Below are positions 1 to 13,905 of a DNA stretch of 64,000 bases, piece after piece. The notes under the pieces were generated by a model. That model saw only the letters and a list, made by a program, of their open reading frames with translations, was not told the DNA's origin and did no database searches. The first letter of the stretch is position 1. Each line of letters starts with the position of its first letter. The position numbers and the translations under genes were made by a program. Source of the stretch: Neocallimastix sp. 'constans' (taxonomy: Eukaryota); the NCBI GenBank assembly GCA_050613775.1, contig JBODTK010000121.1, forward strand, positions 124,001 through 188,000. The letters are read 5' to 3'.

Positions 1-305
1 AGATATTATGTATTCTTAATTTAACCAATTGTTATGAATGTTGAATTCACTCTTTAAAAATTTTAAATATATTCAATAATTATGGTTTAATAATTGTAAA
101 ATATTATCCTGTTAATATTTTTCAATTTTTAATTGTATGTCAGACGAAATATTTAAATTTTTTGAAAATTTTAGAATTTTCAAATATAAACGAATAATAA
201 GTTTTAATTATATCATATATATATATATATATTGGAAAAAAAAAAAAATCAAATATTCTCATATTTCTCTTTTTTTTTTTTTTTTTTATCAGAGGGAGTG
301 TACAC

Positions 306-353
<48 letters not shown>

Positions 354-759
354 TTATATTTTATTTTATTTTATTTTATTTTATTTTATTACTAGTATTT
401 ACACTACTTAAAAATAAATCTCTTTTTTATTTTTTTTTGGAAATTAAAAAAATTCAATGACATAATTAATAGCTACAATAATAATATTACTTTAATTATC
501 TTTCTTGATAAAAATATATAGTGAATTATTTTTTTAATCTTTTAATACCAATATCATACTTCCTGATTATTTTAAATAATATATTTTTCTTATTTTTTTA
601 AAAAATATTATAATAACCTTTACAATTTTCAAGTATTTTTCATGTAAAAAATCTCCTTTTTTTTTAAAAAAAAAAACATGTATAGTTCTTATTCAAAGTC
701 AGTATTTAAAAATGTAGCGTTCATTTTTTATTTTTATATATTATAAATTTATTATAAAT

Positions 760-1995
760 ACAATAATTCTAAATATTACATTGAACTTGATATCACCCTA
801 TACTTCGCATTTGTTCAATTAAGAAAAATATTTATCATTAATACTGAATATATCATGAAATAGTTTACCACAGTTTATATATGAATATCTATATAATAAT
901 TTGAATAAATATCATTCTAATAAATTATTGGAATGTTATCATTAAAATACAAAAACTATTGAAACTTTTTATTAAATAGGCATTCTGAATCATTATTGAA
1001 ATTAGTAAAACTTGAATTATACTATGAATTAAAACGATCATTTAACTTTGTAACTTTGATTTTGATGAAGCGTTAAATAGTATTCAATTTTTAGTGATTT
1101 GTATACTCCATTTTTTATTGAAGATAAAATAGATATTATGAAATACTTTATTGCTCTTAGTGTGGATATTAATTACAGTGAAATTGAGAATGATTTACTT
1201 CAAGCCTCTTTAAAATATGCTCTCAAATTAAAAGATCATGAAAATAATATTAATTTTAGTTAAATTCTTCTTTAAAAAAATAGTGTTGATATTGATCAAA
1301 ATTTTGAAAATGAAGAAACATTCTTAATAGATACTATTTATATATTATTATGATAAAAATTTACTATCTGTAAAAGTTTTAATTGAAAAAAGGGGTAGAT
1401 GTTAATTGTAGAGTAGAAGCTTATTCACTTTTATTTTCAGCTATTGAAAAAGAAGTGATATCTATCATGAAATTATTAATAAATAGAAAATGGCGCTGAC
1501 TTAAATGAAAATATACCAGATAGAATTAGTGAAACAAAACCACTTTTAATGAGTTGTATTGAAATGGAGCATATAGAATTGGCCATACTTCTTATGAAGC
1601 GTCATGCTCAAATTACCTATTATTATCAAAATAATTACTTCATATTAATTGAAATGTATGAAAATAACATATTAAAGCATGTTATATATTAGACAAAACA
1701 ATATTGAAATTACCACTCCTCCAAAAAAAAAAAAAAATAACAAGTGATTTTATTCCTTTAAATCATTTAAATCTTTTAAAAATTATATATAAACATTATT
1801 ATTTAAAAGTAAATAAAAAGGAAAAAGGATGATTTGGAATTATATTATTATTCTACTCATTATAACAAATTAAGGACAAATTTTTCAAATTTTTAATTCA
1901 TTGTGGTTCTGATTTAAATGTGAAAAATAAGTATGGAGAGACCATTGAAACTATAAATAAAAAATATAATTATACTTATTGTTGTAGTACTTTGA
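760..1995 (+). pseudogene. Degraded ankyrin-repeat protein gene
   Basis: Broken reading frames give ankyrin-like segments (KGVDVNCRVEAYSLLFSAIEKEVISIMKLLI, NGADLNE, LLMSCIEMEHIELAILLMKRHA, FKFLIHCGSDLNVKNKYGETIE), interrupted by stops and frameshifts. The 5' boundary is approximate. Confidence 0.7.
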
Positions 1996-2030
1996 AATTT
2001 TTAATCTTTTAAATTTATTAAAATTAAGAA

Positions 2031-2061
<31 letters not shown>

Positions 2062-2494
2062 GATTTAGGCATTATGTAAAATGCAAATGATAAAATAGAA
2101 AAATCATATAATGATTTTTTTTTTATATTTATTATTATTTTTTCTTCATTTTTATTAATTTTATTATTAATTACTACTATATATTTAATTTTATGTTTGA
2201 TAAATACATAAAATATATATATATTTATATATTAAATTAAAAGATTTAAAACTTCAAAAAAAAAATTTTTTTTTAATATCATAAATTATTTATTATAAAA
2301 AAAAATTTATTCTTACTATCAAATTAATTACTAAGTTTCAATAAGAAATATATATATTAATCATTAGATTTTCTTTTTTCTTTTTAAATGAGGGTATTCA
2401 TAATAAAAAAAAATATTTATCTTATTATCAAATTTTATAATTACTAAGTTTCAATAAGAAATATATATTAAGCATTTAATTTTCTTTTTTCCTT

Positions 2495-3012
2495 TTAAAT
2501 TACTGTGTTACTTTTTAAAGTAGATGTATTTGATTCTCTATTACTTCTTAAAGTGGAATTTTTGTTTGTTTTGTTGGAATTTATTAAAGTTTTAGCGGTG
2601 AAAAGTGAAAAGTTTAAAGAAATATATTTTCTAAGATCAACACTGCTACCTCTTACGTTATCATATTTTGGATTAATCAAAATATTTAAAACTCTTGAAC
2701 CAACTAAAAAGTAAATGCAAAATAGAACCATTATATCATTATATATTGTTAATAAAAAGAAGAATTTAAAGAATACTCCTTCATCAAAAATTGTTATCAT
2801 GAAGTTTATCATAAAATCATTAACATTTATAAGAAATACCACAAAAACATAGCAAATATCTCCAAATTTTTTTGAAAAACTTCCGGTACAAATAATCATA
2901 AATATTAATGCAATAAACTATTAAAAAAAAAATTAAATAATAATATATATTTATTAATAATTAAATTTAGTATATATATTTAAATCGTATATTTTTTTTA
3001 ATTTATAATAAA

Positions 3013-3070
<58 letters not shown>

Positions 3071-4999
3071 TATTTTCTTACGATAATATTATTATAGGTA
3101 AAATAGATATCCGAATCAATTTTATTATTTGAATAATAAATATATGGCATTCTTGATTCTCTAATACCTCCTACCATCTTATAATATACTTTACTAGTGA
3201 AAGCAATAACCATTCTATAGATTGTAGATAATGATATTAAAACGATAGTAATAATCATAAGTCTTTTATTTGTTAATGATTTTGATAAAAATGTTTTAAC
3301 TTTATAAATACGGAAAATACGATAGGTAACCACAAACATTGGTATAAAAATTAAACCATAATTTATTGTATTATATATTAATACAAATCTAATTTTAAAA
3401 TAGGAATAAGGAGGTAAACGGAATAACGGTTTGATTAAACTCATTGAACTACCGAATACAATCATATTACAAAATGATGGTGAAATAATTTTAATTGAAG
3501 GATGATCTTTAAATTTATTGGTGAAATAAATAGTTCCATAGGATATGGCAAGAGATATAATAATACATACGATCGAAAAGAATATATACCAACTAAAACC
3601 TTCACCATTTGTTACTAAATATTTAATGCTATATAATACGTGCTTTATTACATCAAAGTCTTCTTGTTTACCTGATTCCAAATAATATCTTATTTTTAAT
3701 GGCAAAAAGCATTCCACTTCAAAATATGGAACGGCATATTTCGAAGGATTAAAAATTTCTTTAATATAAATTTTATTCATGGTTTCCAGATATTCACACA
3801 TCATTGGGAACTCATCGCAATATATTTTTATTTGATCATCCGAATCTTTTTTCTTTAAATCAAATGTAGGAATACCACCAAAAGTTTCAGCTCTAAAAAG
3901 CTGCATTTCTTTTGAAGTTAATATCTTTGCGATTTCTGCAAAAACTTTTGGTGATAATTCTTTACCAACACGTGCTTTATTAGCCACCAAGTATCTATGA
4001 AATAGATTTGTGGTTTTTTTTGGTGGAAGAGTAAAAGAAATTTCTGTATCATTAACCCGTAAACTATCCCGTAAAATACTATATAAAGAGGCTTTTCCTC
4101 TTAAGAAAGTCGAATTTTCAGTAGTAAAGGCTGTAAAGGCTTGATCTCTTTTTAAGCTAGTAGATCGGGTAGCTTTTTTATCGGTATATTTTTGTGTTAA
4201 ATTGTAAAAATTATTAATTAAGTCATCTCCCGTCTTATTAAGGAAAATATCATAAAATTTTGAATCATATTCTTTGTTAAAATTACGATGATTATTAATA
4301 TATTCAACGAAAAATCCTAATAGATCAGTGTCCACATTTAAAGCAACTTTTAAAGGTGCAGAAGGTGGAGAATTCAATTCATCTACTAAATCATCCCATG
4401 TTTTATCACTTATATTTTCTACAATACTTTTAGCTTTTTCATTATTATTATAGTAATATAATCCATCAAAATCAATATCAAATGGTAAACCATAAATATG
4501 ACCATCATATTTTCCTTCTTTATATTGTTTAGGATCGTGGAAATCCATTTCCTCATCATTAATATAATCTTTATAATCCATTAATAAAGTAAGTGAAGGA
4601 TAGTCTATATCAACATAATATGGAACATAAGTGGCGCTCATTATTCCTAAATCATCAAAAAAAATACGATCATCCATGACCATAAAATCAAATCCATCCT
4701 CACCCAAAAATTTAACAAAACTCTTTTCTAAGTTTGCATAGGATCCTTCCCACCATGAATAATTAAAAAATAAAAATTTAATTACAAAATCTTCATCTTT
4801 AAGAATAGGATTATCTTTTGCTATTTTTTGAAAATATTCCCAGTTTAAATCAGAATATTTTTTCTCAAAATCCTTTGGAAGAGTATATGGATATTCTGGT
4901 TGAGGAACTGATATATAAATTTCACTTTGAGCATGGACTATCTTATTTGTTAAATATAAAATAATCCATAAAAACACACTACTTATTGATTTTTTATTC

Positions 5000-5001
<2 letters not shown>
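2495..5001 (-). CDS. Class C (7tm_3-like) GPCR with N-terminal solute-binding-protein ectodomain, copy A; exons 5001-3082 and 2917-2495, 780 aa
   Basis: Signal peptide; SBP motif DGHIYGLPFDIDFDGLYY; hydrophobic helices with class C-like HPSIKIISPSFC and TYRIFRIY. A phase-0 GTAAG...TAG intron (3081-2918) joins the 643 aa and 134 aa ORFs in frame. Confidence 0.85.
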
Positions 5002-5032
<31 letters not shown>

Positions 5033-5944
5033 TAAAATTCAAGAATAAACTAATATATATATATATATTTTTTAAATTAATTTATTGTCATATTAATAAT
5101 CAATATAATTATTAAAAATGATAAATGCAATTATTTTTTTTTTTTATTATAAAATTATAAATATAAAATATATTTATAAATGATATTTTATGTATTGTTA
5201 TTCGTATTAAAAATAAATTATTCCTTAATGTAAAAAGAAAATTTGAATTATAATTCTAATTTAATTAAGTAAATTATATTAAATAAATAAATTTTAAACA
5301 TTTACATTTATAATTTTTTTTTATATTATAATAAATTATTTTTAATTACAATATACATAATTAATTATTCAGTTACTCTATATATTTTATTTATTTAAAT
5401 CATTATTTAAGATATTATAATTATATTCATATATAATTATAATAATATTAATGTCAAAAAAAAAAAAAATTAAAATAAAAATTAACATTATTTATTTATA
5501 AATCGTAATAATATAAATTGTGAAATAGTATACAAGAGATTGAAATTAAAACAAGATAAAATGCAATAAAATAAATTAAAATTAAATTAAACATTATTTA
5601 TATATCATAAAATAAAATATAATAAATATAATTATACATATGTAATTTACATATATAATTATATAATAATATTTTAATTTTAATTTTATTTTATGTCAAA
5701 AAAAAAATAAAATAAAATTAAAATTAAAATTATTTATTTATATATTATAATATAAAATTTTTTAAAAAAAAATAATTATATACATATTTTACATATATAA
5801 TTATAATAATACTCTATCAAAATAAAATAAAATAAAATAAATAAAAAAGAAAAAAAAATTACTTACTTATAAATCATAACATAAAAATATATATTTTTAT
5901 GTTATGATTATAAAATATAAAATAAAATAAATTATAAATAAAAT

Positions 5945-6273
5945 CCACTGTAGTAGAAATTACATTATTACTATTATTCACAGAAGCGTTCATCGTAGAG
6001 GCATTTCCATAATTCGTAGAAGTATTAGCACAATTTGTAGAGGAATTACCACCAAATCTCTTTTGGTTTTGACTACTTTTATGTACTTGTAATTCATAAT
6101 CATCTCCTTTATCCTCTTTTTCGGTAGTATATGAGGATATTAAAGTATAATAATATAACTAATCATTTATTTTTTAATTTGTTAAATTATTATAACGAAA
6201 AAAATAAAAATATATATAAAAAAAAATTTATATTCATTTTTTATATATATCAAATTATTGTATTTAATTTATT

Positions 6274-6323
<50 letters not shown>

Positions 6324-6690
6324 CGTATATCTATTATTTAATTTAAATTTTTTAAAAAAAAAAATTACCATAAATAATAAAAGTAAAAAATGTATGGCTA
6401 AGAAAAGGTACAATTTTTTTCTCATATATGCTTCAAGTTTTTTCCAACCACTAAGTTCATCACCTCTTATAGTTAAAAAAGCATTATCTTAATCTGGGAA
6501 TTTATCAACAACTTCTCTAGTGGCATTCAATACATTTTTTTTTGATAATAGACAAACGATTCAGTAAAAGCTATATATAATGAATTGCATATAAAACATG
6601 CAACACTAAAAAGGGTATAAATTAAAAATACTATAATTAACTGTTTTATTAAAATAACTTATTTAGGATATTTTAATATAAAATTTATAA

Positions 6691-6733
<43 letters not shown>

Positions 6734-7158
6734 TCAAAATCAATATAAAATATAAAATATAAAAAAAATAAACAATATATTTGTATTCTATTTATATTCT
6801 ATTTATACTTACAATGAATAAACCTATCATAAAAATACCAAAGGAAACATAAATACAAACTTGAATTATATTTGCTCTACTGATGATGAAACTCGAGTCG
6901 GTTTCTGTTCTAATATTTCCTAAATATTTATTAAAGTAATGATTCCCCATACATAAAGGCTTAAATATAAATATAAATAATTTAAAAAGTCATTAAAATG
7001 ATTTTTATCTTTTATATATATATATATATATATTTTCATAATATTTTTAATTATAATTATTTTTAATTATTACTTACAACCATAAATAATGTAGTGATCC
7101 CTACAGACAAAGTAGGGGGCAAGAACGATAGTGCAAAACACCTGGTCTCATTACTCAT
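5945..7158 (-). pseudogene. Pseudogene copy of the 4-exon four-TM membrane protein gene
   Basis: Homologous to 11582-12826, but the exon-3 acceptor is changed TAG>TAT, there are in-frame TAA stops (~6660, ~6490) and indels, and the 3' end is altered. Confidence 0.8.
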
Positions 7159-7299
7159 TTTTTATTTTAAAATTTACAGAAAAAAAATGAACTATTTTGA
7201 AGTATTCTAAAAATTATTATTGATTTAAAATATAATTGCATAAAATTTTTTATAATAAATAGGAAATAATAAATTTAAAAAAAAAAAAAAAAAAAAATA

Positions 7300-7608
7300 A
7301 AAATAAGTGATTTTATTTCTTTAAATCATTTAAATCTTTAATAATAATTAAAAAAGTAAATAAAAAGGAAAAAGGATGATTTGGAAATATATTATTATTC
7401 TACTCATTAAAACTTAAAACAAAGTATGGACAAAATTTTCAAATTTTTAATTCATTATGATTCCGATTTAAATGTGAAAAATAAGTATGGAGAGATCATT
7501 GAAACTATAAATAAAAAATATAATTATACTTACCGTTGTAGTACTTTTAATAAATTTAAAAGATTAAAAAATTTCAAATTAAGAAATATATATATATATA
7601 TTTCTTAA
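7300..7608 (+). pseudogene. Duplicated 3' fragment of the ankyrin pseudogene
   Basis: FKFLIHYDSDLNVKNKYGEIIETINKKYNYTY matches 1880-1990; carried along in the duplication. Confidence 0.7.
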
Positions 7609-7938
7609 TTTGAAATTCATAAATATTTACGCATTATGTAAAATGCAAATGATAAAATAGAAAATCATATAATATTTTTTTTTATTTTATTATTAATTTT
7701 TCTTTCTTCATTTTTATTAATTTTATTATTAATTTCTACTTTTAGTTAATTTTATGTTTGTTAAATACATATATATATATATTAAATTAAAAGATTTAAA
7801 ACTTCAAAAATATTTTTTTTATATCATAAATTATTCATAATAAAAAAAAAAAAAAAAGATTTATCTTATTACCAAAATTTTTAATTACTAAGTTTCAATA
7901 AGAAATATATATTAAGCATTTAATTTTCTTTTTTCCTT

Positions 7939-10453
7939 TTAAATTACCGTGTTACTTTTTAAAGTAGTTGTATTTGATTCTCTATTACTTCTTAAAGTGG
8001 AATTTTTGTCTGTCTTGTTAGAATTTATTAAAGTTTTAGCGGTGAAAAGTGAAAAGTTTAAAGAAACATATTTTCTAAGATCAACACTGCTACCTCTTAC
8101 GTTATCATATTTTGGATTAATCAAAACATTTAAAACTCTTGAACCAACTAAGAAATAAATGCAAAATAACACCATTAAATCATTATATATTGTTAATAAA
8201 AAGAAGAATTTAAAGAATATTCCTTGATCAAAAATTGATATCATGAAGTTTATCATAAAATCATTAACATTTATAAGAAATACCACAAAAACATAGCAAA
8301 TATCTCCAAATTTTTTTGAAAAACTTCCGGTACAAATAATCATAAATAATAATGCAATAAACTATTAAAACCAAAAAAAAAAATAAATAAATAAATAAAA
8401 TAATATATATATATATATATTAATAATTAGATCTAGTACGTAAATTTATATCGCATATTTTTTTAAATTATATTAATTAAAAATATATTATTAGTATTAT
8501 TAGTATTATTATTAGTATTATTATTTATTTTCTTACAATAATATTATTATAGGTAAAATAGATATCCGAATCAATTTTATTATTTGAATAATAAATATAT
8601 GGCATTCTTGATTCTCTAATACCTCCTACCATCTTATAATATACTTTACTAGTGAAAGCAATAACCGTTCTATAGATTGTAGATAATGATATTAAAACGA
8701 TAGTAATAATCATAAGTCTTTTATTTGTTAATGAGTTTGATAAAAATGTTTTAACTTTATAAATACGGAAAATACGATAGGTAACCACAAACATTGGTAT
8801 AAAAATTAAACCATAATTTATTGTATTATATATTAATACAAATCTAATTTTAAAATAGGAATAAGGAGGTAAACGGAATAACGGTTTGATTAAACTCATT
8901 GAACTACCAAATACAATCATATTACAAAATGATGGTGAAATAATTTTAATTGAAGGATGATCTTTAAATTTATTGGTGAAATAAATAGTTCCATAGGATA
9001 TGACAAGAGATATAATAATACATACGATCGAAAAGAATATATACCAACTAAAACCTTCACCATTTGTTACTATATATTTAATGTTATATAATACGTGCTT
9101 TATTACATCAAAGTCTTCTTGACTACCTGAAATCAAATAATAATATATTTGTATTGGCAAAAAGCGTTCCACTTCAAAATATGGAACGGCATATTTTGAA
9201 GGGTTAAAAATTTCTTTAATATGAATTTTATTCATAGTTTCCAGATATTCACACATCATTGGGAACTCATCGCAATATTTTTTTATTTGATCATCCGAAT
9301 CTTTTTTCTTCAAATCAAATGTAGGAATACCACCAAAAGTTTCAGCTCTAAAAAGCTGCATTTCTTTTGATGTTAATATCTTGGCAATTTCTGCAAAAAC
9401 TTTTGCTGATAATTCTTTACCAACACGTGCTTTATTAGCCAACAGGTATCTATGATATAAATTTGTGGTTTTTTTTGGAGGAAGAGTAAAAGAAATTTCT
9501 GTATCATTAACCCGTAAACTATCCCGTAAAATACTATATAAAGAGGCTTTTCCTCTTAAGAAAGTCGAATTTTCAGTAGTAAAGGCTGAAAAGGCTTGAT
9601 CTCTTGTTAAGTCTACAGAATTTCTAATTTTTCCTTCGGTATATTTGTGTGTTAAATTATAAAAACTCGTAATTAAGTCATCTCCCGTCTTATTAAGGAA
9701 AATATCATAAAATTTTGAATCATATTCTTTGTTAAAATTACGATGATTATTAATATATTCAACGAAATATCCTAATAGATCAGTTTCTATATCTAAAGGA
9801 ATTTTTAAAGGTGCAGCAGGTGGAGATTTTAATTCATCTACTAAATCATCCCATGTTTTATCACCTATATTTTCTACAATACTTTTAGCTTTTTCATTAT
9901 TATTATAGTAATATAATCCATCAAAATCAATATCAAATGGTAAACCATAAATATGACCGTCATATTTTCCATCTTTATATTGTTTAGGATCGTGGAAATC
10001 CATTTCCTCATCATTAATATAATCTTTATAATCCATTAATAAAGTAAGTGATGGATAATCTATGTCAACATAATACGGAATATAAGTGGCACTCATTATT
10101 CCTAAATCATCAAAAAAAATACGATCATCCATGACCATAAAATCAAATCCTTCCTCACCCAAAAATTTAACAAAACTCTTTTCTAAGAGTGCAAAGGAAC
10201 CTTCCCACCATGAATAATCAAAAAATAAAAATTTAATTACAAAATCTTCATCTTTAAGAATAGGATTATCTTTTGCTATTTTTTGAAAATATTTCCAGTT
10301 TAAATCAGAATATCTTTTTTCAAAATCTTTTGGAAGATTATTTAGATATTCTGGTTGAGGAACTGATATATAAATTTCACTTTGAGCATGGACTATCTTA
10401 TTTGTTAAATATAATATAATCCATAAAAACACACTACTTATTGATTTTTTATT

Positions 10454-10456
<3 letters not shown>
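7939..10456 (-). CDS. Class C (7tm_3-like) GPCR with N-terminal solute-binding-protein ectodomain, copy B; exons 10456-8537 and 8361-7939, 780 aa
   Basis: Paralog of 2495-5001 with identical exon lengths (1920 + 423 nt) and a GTAAG...TAG intron at 8536-8362. The likely start is the ATG at 10456 after the poly(A) run, not 10513. Confidence 0.85.
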
Positions 10457-10493
<37 letters not shown>

Positions 10494-11581
10494 TAAAACT
10501 CAAAAATAAACAAATATATATATATTTTATAAATTAACTTATTGTCTTATTAATAATTAATATAATTATTAAAAATGATAAATGCAATTTTATTTTTTTT
10601 TTTTTTTTTTATAAAATTATAAATATAAAATATATTTATAAATGATATTTTATGTATTGTTATTTGTATTAAAAATAAATTATTCCTTAATGTAAAAGGA
10701 AAAATTGAATTATAATACTAATTTAATAAAGTAAATTATATTAAAATAAATAAATTTAAAACATTTATATTTATAATTTTTTTTTTATATTATAATAAAT
10801 TATTTTTAATTACAATATACATAATTAATTATTCAGTTAACTCCATATATTTTATATATTTAAATCATTATTTAAAGATATATTATAATTATATTTAATA
10901 TTTATATAAAATTATAATAAAATTTATGCCAAAAAAAAAAAAAAAATTAAAATTAACATTATTTATTTATAAATCGTAACATAGAGACATAATAAAAAAT
11001 AATTATTTTTATATATAATTTACATATATTACTGAAATAATATATTAGAATAAAACAAAATAAAGTAGAAAAACATAAATAGTGAAATAGTATACAAGAA
11101 AGTAAAATATTATTAAAATTAAAACAAGATAAAATGCAAATAAAATAAAATAAAATTAAAACTAACATTATTTATTTATATATCATAAAATAAAACATAA
11201 TAAATATAATTATACATAAATGTAATTTACATATATAATTATAATAATACTATGTCAAAAAAAAAATAAAATAAAATAAATTTAAAATTATTTTATTTAT
11301 ATATTATTATATAAAATTTTTATAAAATATAATTATATACATATTTTATATATATAATTATAATAATACTATATCAAAATAGAATAAAATAAAATAAATA
11401 AAAAAAAAAAAAAAAAACTTTACTTTTTTATAAATCATAACATAAAACATAATAAAATATAATTATATACATATATATATTTTTACATATATAATCATAA
11501 TAATACTATGTCAATATAAAATAAATTATAAATAAAATTAATATTATAAAAAAAAATAATTATTGTCATAATAATTAGTTT

Positions 11582-11958
11582 TCATACAGCTTGGGAGTCC
11601 ATTGTAGTAGAAAGAACAGTGTTATTATTACTCAGAGAAGCATTAATCGTAGAGGCATTACCATAATTCGTAGAAGTATTACCATAATTCGTAGAAGTAT
11701 TACAATTTGAAGTGGAATTACCACTAAAACTCTTTTGGTTTTGACCACTTTTATGAACTTGTAATTCATAATCATCTCCTTTATCCTCTCTTTCGGCAGT
11801 AAATGAAGATATTAAAGTATAATAATATAACTAATCATTTATTTTTTAATTTATTAAATTGTTATAAAAAAAATATAAAAATATATATATATATATATAT
11901 AAAAAAAAATTATTATTCATTTTTTATATATATCAAATTATTGTATTTAATTTATTTC

Positions 11959-11991
<33 letters not shown>

Positions 11992-12826
11992 CATTAATAA
12001 ATTATTTAATTTAAATTTTTTAAAAAAAAATTTACCATAAATAATAAAAGTAAAAAATGTATGGCTAAGAAAAGGTACAATTTTTTTCTCATATATGCTT
12101 CAATTTTTTGCCAACCACTAAGTTCATCACCTCTTATAGTTAAAGCATCATCTAAATCTGGGAATTTATCAACCGCTTCTCTTGTGGCTATATAATACAT
12201 TTTTTGATAAAAGACAAACGATCCAGTAAAAGCTATATACAATGAATTGCATATAAAACATGCAACACTAAAAAGGGTATAAATTAAAAATACTATAGTT
12301 AACTGTTTTATTAAAATAACGTATTTAGGCTATTTTAATATAAAATTTATAAAAATAATAATAATAATGATAATAATAATAATAATAATATAAAAATTAA
12401 TATAAAATATAAAATATAAAATATAAAATATAATAAAAAAATAAATAATATATATATATTCTATTTATATTCTATTTATACTTACAATGAATAAACCTAT
12501 CATAAAAATACCAAAGGAAACATAAATACAAACTTGAATTATATTTGCTCTACTGATGATGAAACTCGAGTCGGTTTCTGTTATAATATTTCCTAAATAT
12601 TTATTTAAGTAATGATTCCCCATACATAAAGGCTTAAATATAAATATAAATAATTTAAAAAGTCATAAAATGATTTTTATCTTTTATATATATATATATA
12701 TTTTCATAAAATTTTTAATTATAATTATTTTTAATTATTACTTACAACCATAAATAATGTAGTGATCCCTACAGATAAAGTAGGGGGCAAGAACGATAGT
12801 GCAAAACACCTGGTCTCATTACCCAT
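11582..12826 (-). CDS. Uncharacterised four-transmembrane protein, 256 aa; exons 12826-12746, 12632-12486, 12329-12036, 11830-11582
   Basis: Four phase-0 exons with GT..AG introns splice into one open frame: MGNETRCFALSFLPPTLSVGITTLFMV / PLCMGNHY...GLFI / PKYVILIKQ...LLLFM / LYYYTLISSF...TTMDSQAV*. Four hydrophobic segments and an S/T/N-rich tail. Confidence 0.8.
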
Positions 12827-13585
12827 TTTTTATTTTAAAATTTACAGAAAAAAAATGAACTATTTTGAAGTAATCTATAAATTATTATTGATTTAAAATA
12901 TAATTGCATAAAAATTTTTATAATAAATAGGAAATAATAAATTTAAAAAAAAAAACAAAAAAAAAAAAAAAAGAATTATATGTATTTTTATTTTATTTTT
13001 TTTTTTTTTTTTAAATATTATTCTTTATTTATTTATTAATTTAATTAATTAATTCATTAATTATATATTTATTTTTCATTAAATGTGGATGACAAATAAA
13101 ACTTTTATATAAATATATTTTTTATTCTACTTTATTTATCTAATAATTTAATTAATTCATTAATTTTATGTAAATTTTTTTTTTTATTAAATATAAAAAT
13201 TAAACTTTATATATATATAAATATTCATTATTATTGATGACAATTATAAAAATAAATATAATATAAATGGTAAATTATTATTTTTTTTTATATATATAAA
13301 ATAATTTTATAATTAATAAAGTTTAATTAATCAGTAATTAAAATTTTTTGTATGTCATTTAAAGAAAATTAACAAATTTTATTTTATAAATCATATAATA
13401 CAATTATTTAAATTTTTCCAAAAATTTTATTCTCTGAAGTATCCGTTATAATGAATATTTCAGGAAATGCGTTACTACTTAAACTTTATTTATTAAATAT
13501 TAATATAAATATGTCTTAGATCAATATAATCTTCTACATTTTTATATTTGTAAAGAAAAATTGAATAATTTAATAATGTATTATA

Positions 13586-13618
<33 letters not shown>

Positions 13619-13862
13619 CATACTAAAAATTCTATTTGTATTATTGTTTTCTTTTTTTATGTGTATGAAAAATATATAAATTTGGTGATTAATTGAATTA
13701 ATATATAATTTATATAAAGTTATGATTGAAAAACATTAAATAAATAATATTTTTTTATAATTAATTGATATGTATAATTATGTATAATTAATGAGAGGAC
13801 TGTTAAATTATCAAATACAGAATCAATTCATTTAGTATAGTTTAGTTAGGTATATAGGAATG

Positions 13863-13905
<43 letters not shown>

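Larger units (their letters stand above)
1738..12950. repeat. Direct tandem segmental duplication, two ~5.6 kb units (about 1738-7296 and 7297-12950)
   Basis: Collinear, near-identical content in both units: ankyrin 3' end, SBP-GPCR gene, spacer, four-TM gene. Unit boundaries fall in poly(A) tracts. Confidence 0.9.

Noticed and set aside
2505..2714. Plus-strand ORFs 2505-2714, 7949-8158, 11803-11997, 30168-30497, 59516-59761 and 60559-60768
   Set aside because: Antisense shadows of real minus-strand genes or elements.
10457..10513. N-terminal extension MFIFEFYCKKKK... of GPCR copy B
   Set aside because: Non-ATG start running through poly(A); the paralog and the signal peptide indicate the start at 10456.
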